NCBI GenBank assembly: GCA_963749915.1
Contig: CAVVOP010000021.1
Span: 64,001 to 128,000, forward strand
Source of the DNA: an uncultured cyanobacterium
Lineage (GTDB): Bacteria > Cyanobacteriota > Cyanobacteriia > Cyanobacteriales > Cyanobacteriaceae
Reading direction: 5' to 3'
Length of the DNA stretch: 64,000 bases
Shown: positions 9,641-19,550 of the stretch, piece after piece
How the letters are laid out: each line of letters starts with the position of its first letter
How positions within the stretch are numbered: the first letter of the stretch is position 1
Position numbers and translations under genes: made by a program
The notes under the pieces: generated by a model
Told to the model about the DNA's origin: nothing
The model's database searches: none
The model's input: only the letters and a program-made list of their open reading frames with translations

Positions 9641-10684
9641 TTACATTTTAAGGGGTGAGATTAATTGATGGGCTTGACTTACTCCTTGCCATAACAATTC
9701 AGGATATTCCTCTAATTGATTATTAATCGAAATTTCCTCTAACTTATGAAGAATATTAGCTATTAATTTTCGCCCTTTACTGCCATAGGCAACCCCGGAA
9801 ATTTGCGAAGGTATTAAGTTTAAAGATTGTATTTTTTCAACAGTATATTCATTCGTACCTCCAGCTAATTGAATAAATCCAGGTAGATTTAATTCCTTCA
9901 TTTTTTGAGCATATTTTATGGTTAAATGGGTTGTACCTGCCCCAATATCTCCACTCATTGGTCTGCCATCTGTTTGCCAAATTAAAGGAATTTCAATAGG
10001 TTTTATATAATCATAAATTTGGGTTAAATATTCAGTTACATTTTCACTATAAGGGCAACTAATGGCGATTAATTTTAGTTTAAAAAGATGAAATTTTATG
10101 GTTTCCCAAACTTGCCTAAATTCTAAAAAATGTCCCTGTTGGGTGTGAATTTCGATGGCATTTATTGGTAAAATATCTAACCATTGTAAAACCCCTTCTA
10201 TACTTATAATTTTTGATTCTGTTTGAATAATATTTATCGGGCAAATTGGCAAACATCTTCCGCAACCATAGCATAATTCTTCGATTACTCCTTGATGATG
10301 ATGATTGAATTTTATCGCCTCCGCAGGGCAAATTTTTTCACAGGGGCGATCGCAATCCGTCGGGCAAAGGTTAGGATTAAAGTAGGCCTTCCGAAAATGT
10401 GGATCTTCTCCGTCATTAATGCTTACCATTAGAAAAGGCTTTTCATGGGGATTATAACCGAAATCTTGGGCTTGTTGTCGATAATTATGGGCGATTTTGA
10501 TACCTTCTAAGGCACTATGAATCACAGCTTGGTCAGCGGCAACATCAAGACAGTCAGCCCCTGCTAAAGTATAAACTAAGGCAAGATTGCGAATAGAGGG
10601 TGAATGTTGATAACTAGCACCACAAATCAATTTAAACCAATTACCCTTTTGTAACGATGTTAGAGGAGAAAAATTAACCATCAA
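9641..10684 (-). CDS. ldpA: Circadian input Fe-S protein LdpA
   Basis: WFKLICGASY, two 4Fe-4S motifs, WQTDGRPMSGDIG, QLAGGTN. Confidence 0.93.
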   Translation of the reverse strand: MMVNFSPLTSLQKGNWFKLICGASYQHSPSIRNLALVYTLAGADCLDVAADQAVIHSALEGIKIAHNYRQQAQDFGYNPHEKPFLMVSINDGEDPHFRKAYFNPNLCPTDCDRPCEKICPAEAIKFNHHHQGVIEELCYGCGRCLPICPINIIQTESKIISIEGVLQWLDILPINAIEIHTQQGHFLEFRQVWETIKFHLFKLKLIAISCPYSENVTEYLTQIYDYIKPIEIPLIWQTDGRPMSGDIGAGTTHLTIKYAQKMKELNLPGFIQLAGGTNEYTVEKIQSLNLIPSQISGVAYGSKGRKLIANILHKLEEISINNQLEEYPELLWQGVSQAHQLISPLKM

Positions 10685-10827
10685 AAATAATTAACAGTGA
10701 CAATTCTCACTATAGTCAAATCATTGGGTTTTGTAAATGTTCCAGTGGAAACCATTGTCAGCCTCCTAAACCTGGGGACTAAGGAGGCAAATGTGTAAGT
10801 AAGTCCAGATACTTTAACTTCTGAATC

Positions 10828-12351
10828 TTAATTGATTTTACTGCCTAATAAAAATAAACTAAAAAGTGTGCCGCTATTCCATAAACTGTGCACTGTTATT
10901 GATGCTAATAAACTGCGAGATCGAGTGTAAACTATTCCTAAAATAATGCCCAAAGTGGCTAAAGGTATAATTTCCGCTAAACTTAGATGTGCCACTGCAA
11001 AGATTACTCCACTAAGGACAATTGCACCCCAAACTGGGAGATAACGGGTGAGAGAAGGAAGCAAAAAACCACGAAACATGATTTCTTCAAAAATAGGTGC
11101 GGCAATGGAGGCGGTGATAAAAAAGATGGCTAAAGCGAATTTATCTTGAGATTCTAAGGCTAATAATAATAGGGGGTTACTGCCTCCTCTGCCTTGCCAT
11201 AATTGTTGATTGAGAATCGACACCAAAAATACCGAAGGAATTGCCACCACATAGCCTCCAATCCCCCATAAATACCAATTTTTATTTGTTAACTTAAACC
11301 AGTCTTGGGGTAGCGGGAAAAAGGATTTCAAGGATAGGTATAATACCAATAACCCTCCTCCTGCCATGAAAAAATAACTGGCTAACACATATAACGCTTT
11401 TCCTTTGATGGTTAAACCAGCGGGGTTAAAACCACTCAAGCCGAAGAATATCGGTAATAAAACTTGACTGAGGAAGAAAAAACCGACAATAAATACTTGC
11501 CAAATAATTTCCCAGTCCCAAGGAGATTCCCATAATCGATTATAGTTAGTCGCTAAAATTGAGTTCTCTTTTTTGATAGCTAATTGAATAATTAAAAAGA
11601 TAATTAACCCAAAACCTACTAGGCCTCCAACAACAGGAATTATGGTCAGGGTAAATAATCGGTAAACTGCTTTTTTTGCTAATATTTCTTGTTTTGATTG
11701 AACTTCTGATAACTTAACCTGATCATTTTGATTTTCGTATAATTGAGTTAAAGTGTTTAATTGAAACCAATTATCTAATTTTTGGGTAACAATTGCTTCT
11801 GCTTTACTGCCAATTTGTGGTTTTTTATTCCAAATGTCAGTTAATACTTTTTTAAATTCTTCATCAGAAATATTAGCCCAATACTTATTTGCTGTATTTA
11901 ACTGATTCTCTTTAGCGGCTATAATTCCTATTTTGATATTAAGATCATTAATTAACTTTTGATTCTTTTGAATGTTTTGTTTTAACTGTTGTTTGGATCT
12001 ATCCGATGCGATTACTTTTACACTTACACTGTCTAAAAGAGACTTATTTTTATTTTCTAAATTATGTAAAGAATCCTTCGTCAACTTTAAGGCTTTTTCG
12101 TACTGAGTTTGTGCTACAGTATAGGCATCATTACCAATTAAACCTTGGGCAATATTACCGACATTGCCACTATCGGAAATTAGAGGATTAGAAGATTGAT
12201 TCAATGATGCGGCGTTGAGAATCAAATTAGTTTGATATAATTCCAGCTGAGCTTGAACTTGAGGTTCACCTAAACTTTGACTAAGGGCAAGAAAGACACT
12301 GTACATTGATATTACAGTGAGAATAGCTAACAGCGATCGCTTCCAGTTCAT
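10828..12351 (-). CDS. CPBP (CAAX protease-like) intramembrane metalloprotease
   Basis: APIFEEIMFRGFL, FAVAH, VHSLWN; start placed at MNWKR. Confidence 0.88.
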   Translation of the reverse strand: MNWKRSLLAILTVISMYSVFLALSQSLGEPQVQAQLELYQTNLILNAASLNQSSNPLISDSGNVGNIAQGLIGNDAYTVAQTQYEKALKLTKDSLHNLENKNKSLLDSVSVKVIASDRSKQQLKQNIQKNQKLINDLNIKIGIIAAKENQLNTANKYWANISDEEFKKVLTDIWNKKPQIGSKAEAIVTQKLDNWFQLNTLTQLYENQNDQVKLSEVQSKQEILAKKAVYRLFTLTIIPVVGGLVGFGLIIFLIIQLAIKKENSILATNYNRLWESPWDWEIIWQVFIVGFFFLSQVLLPIFFGLSGFNPAGLTIKGKALYVLASYFFMAGGGLLVLYLSLKSFFPLPQDWFKLTNKNWYLWGIGGYVVAIPSVFLVSILNQQLWQGRGGSNPLLLLALESQDKFALAIFFITASIAAPIFEEIMFRGFLLPSLTRYLPVWGAIVLSGVIFAVAHLSLAEIIPLATLGIILGIVYTRSRSLLASITVHSLWNSGTLFSLFLLGSKIN

Positions 12352-12603
12352 AAATATTTTTACCGAACAAAACCTTATTTTTACTCGCAAAACTATAGGG
12401 ACTCGAAGACAAGTCAAGCCCCTACAAGTTAATAGTTGATTGTTGATGGTTAATGGTTGATAGTCGAGTTCAATTATAGCAGGATCTTTTTTTCTTGTCA
12501 AATCCACTTTTTTATTAATTATTTTTAATCATTAATCCTCACAAATATTTCACAAATTACTCAGGTTTTAATCATTTTCTGAAGATAGAATATGGGAATC
12601 AAT

Positions 12604-12930
12604 ATATCACTATAATCGGTGGTGGTGCGATCCCTTGCAAGTTAGGACAAGCATTAAGAAGATTAGGGGCGGAAATCATCGAAAATCAATTTTATAGAAG
12701 AAGGCATCAAAATAATTAAGTAGGCAAAGGCAGAAAAAGTAGAAGTAATTAACGGGAAAAATTGGTTTTTGTCAACGGTGAAAAGTTAATTGCTGAGGAA
12801 ATTTTAGTATCTATTGGACGTACTCCTAACATTAAATCTCTCAATTTAGAAAAAGCAAAAGTTAAGCATAATAATCAAGGAATTGAGGTTAATAATAAAC
12901 TGCAAACTAGCAACAAAAAAATTTACGGTA
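12604..12930 (+). pseudogene. Fragment of a pyridine nucleotide-disulfide oxidoreductase (MerA/Lpd-like)
   Basis: ITIIGGGAIPCKLGQALRRLGAE, then a deletion, frameshifts and a stop; EEILVSIGRTPNIKSLNLEKA..VNNKLQTSNKKIYG; truncated at both ends. Confidence 0.75.
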
Positions 12931-13225
12931 GAAATAATCTTAAAGTAACCGCCACCACGCTGGTTTCTGGGCAGGAAGCCTAAACTGTAATCTCTGATTC
13001 AGTGTAGGTAGTTCACTCCCTAAATCTAAAATCAACTCATTGAAGTCTGTCGTTATAAAAAAAATATATCTAACTAATTAAAAAATATCAATAAAGATTG
13101 TTGCTTTTTCCAGATGTTAGCTGTGTCATAATCTTTTATAGAAATAAGTAAATGGTTTTTGATTAATTCATAGATTTTTATGTATAACAATGTCAACTCT
13201 GACTCTATTGCCGTAAGGAGGTTAA

Positions 13226-14128
13226 ATGTCTAAATTTTCCCGTCGTCAATTTATTTTTACAGCTGGTATTTCAGCAAGTGCAGTTTTATTAAAAGGCTGT
13301 TTGGGTAATCCTCCTGAACCAGGGCGTGAAAATGCCGGTAGGTTCTTTGCCACTCCCACACAAATAAGTCCAGAAATGATGCCCGAAACCACGAAAGTTA
13401 AATTAGGTTATATCCCCATTGTGGAATCTGCAGCGATGATTATTGCTAAAGAAAAGGGCTTTTTTGCTAAGTATGGCATGACAGAAGTTGAGGTTTCTAA
13501 ACAGGCTAACTGGGCTTCTGCGAAGGATAATGTAACCATTGGTTCTCAAGGTGGTGGTATTGATGGCGGACAATGGCAAATGCCTATGCCTCATTTGATT
13601 ACTGAGGGGATTATCACCAATGGTAATAAGGTACCCATGTATGGGTTAACCGTTCGTCAAAATATCGCTTTAGCCGTTGATGAAGTCATGAAGGGTTATT
13701 CAGATTCAGAAAGAAGACAAATTGTCAATGAGCATATTGATCTTGTCGGTTTAAGTCCTGCCGCTGATAAACTGCCGAATCAGTTATCTGGGGGTATGAA
13801 GCAAAGGGTTGCCATCCCCCGTGCCTTAGCAATTCGTCCCAAATTATTGCTCTTAGATGAACCATTCGGGGCATTAGATGCCCTCACCAGAGGTAATTTA
13901 CAGGAACAATTAATGCAAATTTGTACCCGTTATCAGATTACTGCTGTAATGGTGACTCATGATGTGGATGAAGCCGTATTTCTCTCCGATCGCATTGTGA
14001 TGTTAACTAACGGACCAGGATCAAAAAGGCTAACAGTATTTGAAAACGTTTATCTAGCCATTGATTCAGTGTATCCAGGATGTTGCTTAATTAAATATCT
14101 CCCTTATCTGGTTTTCAGTTGGTTTTAA
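13226..14128 (+). pseudogene. cmpA: Collapsed cmpA'-'cmpC'-'cmpD' chimera (BCT1 bicarbonate ABC transporter remnant)
   Basis: CmpA N-terminus ([53 protein letters not shown]) to about 13642; CmpC-type ATPase half without Walker A to about 14027; short CmpD-type piece [16 protein letters not shown]. Confidence 0.85.
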
Positions 14129-14130
14129 CA

Positions 14131-15138
14131 TTATTTTGACAGTGAAGAATTGGACTCAATTCGGTCGGAGGTAACTTCCTGAAATTGATCCACTCGGAAA
14201 ATAAGATGAAAACGCTGTCCCAGAGTCCTGTAAAGAAAGTTCTCAACTTCACCAACCTGCTTCGGGGTAACAACTTGTCGAGAACTAACTGTTAAGATCA
14301 CTGTTGCCGGTTTATTACTCCAGGGAAGACCACTCCAGTTCACCTCCATTTTGAGCAACTCTACTTGCTTTCCGACAGTGATGGTCTGGTTTTTAAGCAG
14401 GTCTTTAATAGTCGATTGAAGAGTCTTTTGCTTAAGCAAAATTGCTAGACTGATAAACAGAGGGATAATGAAGAGGATACTCATGAATAGACACCAGCGA
14501 AGTGCACTGCGCATTCTCAGAGGGTCAACGTAGTAGCCACCCCAGACAAAAACGAGCAGGCAGGCAAGGGTAATGCCTAACAGGTTAGTCCCGTAGAGAA
14601 CCAATGCCCCGCCACTCGCCATCCAACCCCCCTGGGATAGGGTAATACCAACCACACAGAGGGGAGGCATTAAGGCAACGGCAACGGCTGTTCCCGCTAA
14701 AGCATCGCCGATGCGAGGTCGAATCTTGGCAAAGCCACTGATGGCACCAGCCGCAAGTGCCACGAAAAAGTCCGCAAGGTTCGGTTGAGTGCGGGCGAGG
14801 ATTTCCGTCCCAAATTCAGAGGTTGGCAAGCCGAACACCCTACCGATCAACCAAGCAATACCAATGGACAGTAAAGTCCCTCCCCCCACAGTGGTTAGGC
14901 TTTGATTGAACAGCTCTGTGTCAGCCGTCAGAATGGCTAGTGCAAGTCCCCGCAGGGGAAGTATTAAGGGTGCGATAATCATAGCTCCAATAATGACGGC
15001 AGTGCTGTTCATCAGCAGACCGAGACTGGCAATAGTACAAGCACTTATGGTGAGCACGACGAAGTTGAGGTTGAACTGGGCATCTGAAGATAAGTATCGC
15101 TTTAGTTTTTCAATGGTTTTTGAAGGGGCTTTTGACAT
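14131..15138 (-). CDS. DUF389 family membrane protein
   Basis: NSTAVIIGAMIIAPL, EILARTQPNL, AGTAVAVALMPPL. Confidence 0.88.
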   Translation of the reverse strand: MSKAPSKTIEKLKRYLSSDAQFNLNFVVLTISACTIASLGLLMNSTAVIIGAMIIAPLILPLRGLALAILTADTELFNQSLTTVGGGTLLSIGIAWLIGRVFGLPTSEFGTEILARTQPNLADFFVALAAGAISGFAKIRPRIGDALAGTAVAVALMPPLCVVGITLSQGGWMASGGALVLYGTNLLGITLACLLVFVWGGYYVDPLRMRSALRWCLFMSILFIIPLFISLAILLKQKTLQSTIKDLLKNQTITVGKQVELLKMEVNWSGLPWSNKPATVILTVSSRQVVTPKQVGEVENFLYRTLGQRFHLIFRVDQFQEVTSDRIESNSSLSK

Positions 15139-15302
15139 ATCATAAGGACGTTTTTAAAAGGTTTTTCCACTAATTTTACAATTAATCCGTCGATTTTTCC
15201 TCTCCATTTCCTCCAACCATCAGGGTAAACGCATCTTAAAAGAGAGTAAGAGTAATTTCTTACCAAAATCTAATCAACATAATATTCATTGTCAAGTAAA
15301 AA

Positions 15303-15335
15303 GCGATCGCTGAAAGCGCCTGCTTCGCAGATCGC
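15303..15335. repeat. HIP1-associated short double-hairpin element (SDR5-like)
   Basis: GCGATCGC-TGAAAGCG-CCTGCTTCGCA-GATCGC: two mini-hairpins between duplicated GATCGC. Confidence 0.45.
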
Positions 15336-15465
15336 CAAAGGAAGAATAGAGGTTTCAGGTGTTATGAGAGTCACCCAACCAAGATGAATTCACTCTATAT
15401 CTTCATAAATATCGCTTGGATATTATACTAGGAAAGGAATATAGGATTTCACAACAGTCGGCTAA

Positions 15466-16008
15466 CTAACACGAATTTTCTTGTTGAAAACAAACGGCAC
15501 AAATACCCCAACGTTTTAATTCTCCTTTTGGGCAATTTGTTCTACAACTAGGGCAAATTTCCCATGTAGTTGCTCTTTTTTTGATGATTTCTAACCATTT
15601 TTCTAAGGCTTCTTGAGGATTATCGACAGGAAGTAAATTAAAGGAAGATTTAGGGATAATGGTGCTGGGATGTTCTTTAGTATCATCTTCTCGATCTACT
15701 GATATAGGCCGATTTTGATACCATTTAACGGGAGAAAAATGTAAATCTTTAATGGGAGATTCTACACGACGATTTATTTTGACAATAAAAGAACGTCTTT
15801 GTAAATTTAAGTCCTGTGCCCATGCTGAACTAGATGTGGCAATAAATAAAACTTCATCTCGCAAAGAAACAGGACGGCTATGTTGTGCTACTCTGTGATT
15901 GACGACTTGATACCAAAATTTGGTTAATTCATGGTATCTTCTTTGTTTATCCCATTGTGGTTGTGAGAGAATTTGATTTAATAATTTGTCTATAGAATAA
16001 AGTGTCAT
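15466..16008 (-). CDS. DUF721/DciA family protein with C-terminal Zn ribbon
   Basis: W..VV...VAQHSRPV..VLFIATSSSAWAQDL; CPSC..ELKRWGICAVC; start placed at MTLYS. Confidence 0.85.
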   Translation of the reverse strand: MTLYSIDKLLNQILSQPQWDKQRRYHELTKFWYQVVNHRVAQHSRPVSLRDEVLFIATSSSAWAQDLNLQRRSFIVKINRRVESPIKDLHFSPVKWYQNRPISVDREDDTKEHPSTIIPKSSFNLLPVDNPQEALEKWLEIIKKRATTWEICPSCRTNCPKGELKRWGICAVCFQQENSC

Positions 16009-16014
16009 TAATTT

Positions 16015-16962
16015 ATGAGTCAATCAGTAGTGCCGGTGCATCCGCAAATTAAAAAAATTATTCAAAACCTTGATTTGGACTTGGGTTTAGAGTTGAATAG
16101 ATATGAAAATAGTCATCTTCAAGAGTCTTTATTGATCGCTGATCCTATTGTAGAAGAATCTATCCTCTACCACGAAAAAGAATCTAACCCTCAAGACACC
16201 CATTCTTTTTTAGTTTATAATCCTGATGGGGTTGATTCAGAAGATCCAATACCTGTGGCTTCTCGTCTTATTAGCGATCCCTCATCCCTTTTAGATGTGA
16301 TACTGAGCCCTTGGGGTATGATTGGAATTATTTTATTTTTTGGTGCAAATATTTTCATTTTCTTTAACCTAGATAGAGAAAGTCTGGTTAACAACAACCC
16401 TGAGAGTGAAACCTCAACAAATAAGATTGAAAATCAGAATCCAGACCATAACCTAAACTTATCTAACTTAGAACAAACTGAGGATAAAACCCCTAATATT
16501 GACATTCAACCCCCACCTTTACCCACACCATTACCAGAAATTAATAACTCTAATCCTATTAATAATTCCTCTGAAAATTCTTCCCTTTATCCTGACTTAA
16601 AAACTGCTTTATTTGCGGAAATTCAGAAAAATCAAGAAACGTTACCATCGCCTTCATCAAATAACACTCCAACACTTCCCTTCCCGGCAAATAATCCGCC
16701 CCTGGAAAATCCCCCTCGTCAAGTTCCCGTTAATCCCCCTAAGCCAAAAGTAGAGCAAAAATATTATCTATTAAGTAACTATCAAAATATGGATAATTTT
16801 AACCGTATTAAGAAAGTTGCACCCAACGCCCTGATTATGAATTTGAATCAAGAGATGAAAATTCAGTTAGGGATATTTAATACGGAAACGGAAGCTAAAA
16901 ATCAGGCAAAAAAATTACAAAGTCGGGGAATTAAAATTTATGTTCAGCCTGTTAATAATTAG
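16015..16962 (+). CDS. Membrane-anchored protein with C-terminal SPOR-like domain
   Basis: Single TM helix (SPWGMIGIILFFGAN), Pro/Asn-rich linker, IQLGIFNTETEAKNQAKKLQSRGI. Confidence 0.65.
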   Translation: MSQSVVPVHPQIKKIIQNLDLDLGLELNRYENSHLQESLLIADPIVEESILYHEKESNPQDTHSFLVYNPDGVDSEDPIPVASRLISDPSSLLDVILSPWGMIGIILFFGANIFIFFNLDRESLVNNNPESETSTNKIENQNPDHNLNLSNLEQTEDKTPNIDIQPPPLPTPLPEINNSNPINNSSENSSLYPDLKTALFAEIQKNQETLPSPSSNNTPTLPFPANNPPLENPPRQVPVNPPKPKVEQKYYLLSNYQNMDNFNRIKKVAPNALIMNLNQEMKIQLGIFNTETEAKNQAKKLQSRGIKIYVQPVNN

Positions 16963-16989
16963 GAATTACGGAATGACATCGTTTAAGAG

Positions 16990-17073
16990 TGCGGAACTCG
17001 GGACTTGAACCCGAAAGTCCTTGCGAACACTAGAACCTGAATCTAGCGCGTCTACCAATTCCGCCAGTCCCGC
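16990..17073 (-). tRNA. trnL: tRNA-Leu(CAG)
   Basis: Reverse complement GCGGGACTGGCGGAATTGGTAGACGCGCTAGATT-CAG-GTTCTAG..GGGTTCAAGTCCC GAGTTCCGCA; long variable arm. Confidence 0.95.
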
Positions 17074-17107
17074 ATTGCTCACTTAGAAATTTTAGCGTAT
17101 TTAATCA

Positions 17108-17956
17108 CTATTTTGCACAATATTTATCATTGTGAACGAGTTGTTTTTCTTTGATGATAATTTCTGCTAAAGGTTGAAAAATAGAGAGCAGATTTTCCCG
17201 TGCGACGGCTAAACAGGGAAAACTTATATCACCATAATTTAGTCCTCTGGTTAAAGGAAAACAACCTTTTTGTCCTAGATGAACTAAACTTCCCCCAGCC
17301 CCCCGTAAGATAGGATAAGCTCCAGCAATATCCCAAATTTTGGGACTGGCTTCGATGGCCCCTAGTGTAGCACCGAAAGCGACTGACATTAGATCATAGC
17401 TAGTAACTCCCGTTATCCTAATTTTGCAAGGAAAATTGTGTTTTAATACATCTAAACTTCTATTGCACAACATAAAAACGTGATTAAAACTAGGGTCATC
17501 ATAACTAGTATAAATAGGAGTATTATTGAGAAAAGAGCCTTTGGGACCTGTTAAACTGGTATTTTCGCAATAATAACCGTGATATGTCTGCTGAATTTGC
17601 GGAAAATGGATAAATCCGAATACTGCTACCCCCTGATAAAGCAAGCCCATAGAGATACCCCAAATAGGAATACCCCGAGTAAAATTAGTTGTGCCGTCAA
17701 TGGGATCAATGACCCAGCACCAGTCAGTATGAGGTAGAATATGTTCTGTTTCTTCTGTCAAAACTCCGTGAGTGGGAAAACACTGCTTGATTGCTTTTCT
17801 TAATTCATGATCTGCCCATTTATCGGCCTCAGTTACTAGACTACCATCAGCTTTACGAGTTGGCTCTAGTTTGGCAAAATCTTCTAATAACTTTTCTCCG
17901 ATACGGTGGGTTATTTGCCGACAAAAATTATATACTTCCTGCCAAAAATAAATCAT
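17108..17956 (-). CDS. Inositol monophosphatase family protein
   Basis: LVTEAD, LTEE, WVIDPIDGTTNF, WDIAG. Confidence 0.92.
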   Translation of the reverse strand: MIYFWQEVYNFCRQITHRIGEKLLEDFAKLEPTRKADGSLVTEADKWADHELRKAIKQCFPTHGVLTEETEHILPHTDWCWVIDPIDGTTNFTRGIPIWGISMGLLYQGVAVFGFIHFPQIQQTYHGYYCENTSLTGPKGSFLNNTPIYTSYDDPSFNHVFMLCNRSLDVLKHNFPCKIRITGVTSYDLMSVAFGATLGAIEASPKIWDIAGAYPILRGAGGSLVHLGQKGCFPLTRGLNYGDISFPCLAVARENLLSIFQPLAEIIIKEKQLVHNDKYCAK

Positions 17957-18071
17957 CTTTTTTCCCTGTTTGGTTAATTTGACGGACGAAGCCTTCAGCT
18001 ATCAGCTCAAAATCTATCCTTTCAAAGTATAATTGATATTTTCTAACCCGTTAAATCCTTTATTTATTAAT

Positions 18072-19142
18072 GTGTCTGTCAACAATCCTAATCTATTAAT
18101 TGCCGCCAGTGGCACGGGTGGCCATTTATTCCCTGCTTTAGCCACCGCTCAACAATTACCTGATTATAATATTTCATGGTTGGGGGTGCCTCACCGTCTC
18201 GAAACGTCTTTAGTTCCAGAATCTTATCCTCTGTTTACCGTTGATATTGATGGTTTTCAAACAGGTTTCGGGGTTAAAACTGTTTTTGTAATACCAAAGA
18301 TAATTAAGGCGATCGCCAAAACCTACAAACTAATAAAGTCGAGGAAAATAGATATAATATTTACTACTGGAGGATATATTGCCGCCCCGGCCATTATTGG
18401 TGCAAAATTGGCTAAAATTCCCGTTATTTTACATGAATCGAACTATATTCCCGGAAAGGTAACTAAATTATTCGGCAGTTGGTGTGATCTTGTTGGCATT
18501 GGTTTTACCGGCACAAGTAAATATTTACCAAAGGCCAAAACCCAATGGGTAAGTACTCCCGTTAGGGACGAATTTTTATCGCCTCAACCGTTAGAATTTG
18601 GTATTCCTGATAATGTGCCTTTAATTGCCGCTGTAGGGGGTTCCCAAGGGGCAGTGGGGCTCAATAAATTAGTGAGGGCATCGGCACCCCATTTATTAGA
18701 GACGGGGGCCTATATTGTCCATTTAACAGGGACACAAGACGATGAAGTAGGCACATTGCACCATGATCATTACCTAGAAATGCCTTTTTATGATAACATG
18801 GCTGGGTTACTACAACGGGCGGATCTGGCCATAAGTCGGTCGGGTGCAGGTACATTGACAGAGTTAGCCATCACGAAAACTCCTTCTATATTAATACCCT
18901 ATCCTTTTGCTGCCGAGGATCATCAGTTTTATAATGGGCAGGAATTTGTCAGTGTCGAGGCTTCCTTACTTTTCAGACAAGATCAATTAACTTCAGATTT
19001 ACTCACAGAAACGGTGTTAAATTTATTAAATAATCCCGATAAATTAGCCAACATGGCAGAAAAAGCTAGTAATTTAGCCTTAAAAGATAGTGCTAAAATT
19101 TTGGCAAAAATAATCAAAAAAATTGCAACAATTAGTAATTAA
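18072..19142 (+). CDS. murG: Undecaprenyl-PP-MurNAc-pentapeptide GlcNAc transferase
   Basis: ASGTGGHLFP, TGGY, HESN, GGSQGA, SRSGAGT, PYP..EDHQ..N; GTG start assumed. Confidence 0.95.
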   Translation: MSVNNPNLLIAASGTGGHLFPALATAQQLPDYNISWLGVPHRLETSLVPESYPLFTVDIDGFQTGFGVKTVFVIPKIIKAIAKTYKLIKSRKIDIIFTTGGYIAAPAIIGAKLAKIPVILHESNYIPGKVTKLFGSWCDLVGIGFTGTSKYLPKAKTQWVSTPVRDEFLSPQPLEFGIPDNVPLIAAVGGSQGAVGLNKLVRASAPHLLETGAYIVHLTGTQDDEVGTLHHDHYLEMPFYDNMAGLLQRADLAISRSGAGTLTELAITKTPSILIPYPFAAEDHQFYNGQEFVSVEASLLFRQDQLTSDLLTETVLNLLNNPDKLANMAEKASNLALKDSAKILAKIIKKIATISN

Positions 19143-19243
19143 CAGCTAACTTATTTAGCTCTTCTCGATTGGTTGCGACAAAAAAGTACAATTAATGAAT
19201 GGTACTTTTTACCGAATAACTCAAAATTAATTCTTTTTTCTTT

Positions 19244-19279
19244 ACCTAAAACCCAAAACCTAAAACCTAAAACCTAAAA
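19244..19279. repeat. Heptamer tandem repeat (STRR-like) ACCTAAA, about 5 copies
   Basis: acctaaa acccaaa acctaaa acctaaa acctaaa seen directly. Confidence 0.7.
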
Positions 19280-19315
19280 ACTGAGATGTTTTTAACAAGG
19301 TGTAAGATCTCAATC

Positions 19316-19449
19316 CTAGTACTCTGACAACTTTGTTTTGAAGGATAAACAGAAGATTAAAAACTCAAACAAAAATCTTCTCTCCCAACTCCCACCGCCC
19401 TTCTCCCCTGCTACCACAACCCCTGATTTCAAAATTGTTCAAGCACTAG
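19316..19449 (+). mobile_element. MITE of about 134 bp, copy 1
   Basis: Near-identical inverted copy at 40254-40388; imperfect TIR CTAGTACTCTGACAACTTTG / CTAGTGCTTGAACAATTTTG. Confidence 0.8.
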
Positions 19450-19550
19450 TCTTTTTGTCTCCTTTACCCCCTTTACCTCCGAACTTCCAGATATTATTTT
19501 TTATGGTATCTTGATAGGTGAATCTTTTTCCTATTTAATGATTTCCGATT

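Noticed and set aside
13050..13225. Possible CmpR/LysR boxes upstream of cmpA
   Set aside because: AT-rich sequence gives many T-N11-A matches; no site could be singled out.
16990..17073. tRNA-Leu genes (also 61154-61234) as integration sites
   Set aside because: No duplicated tRNA 3' end or integrase was found nearby.
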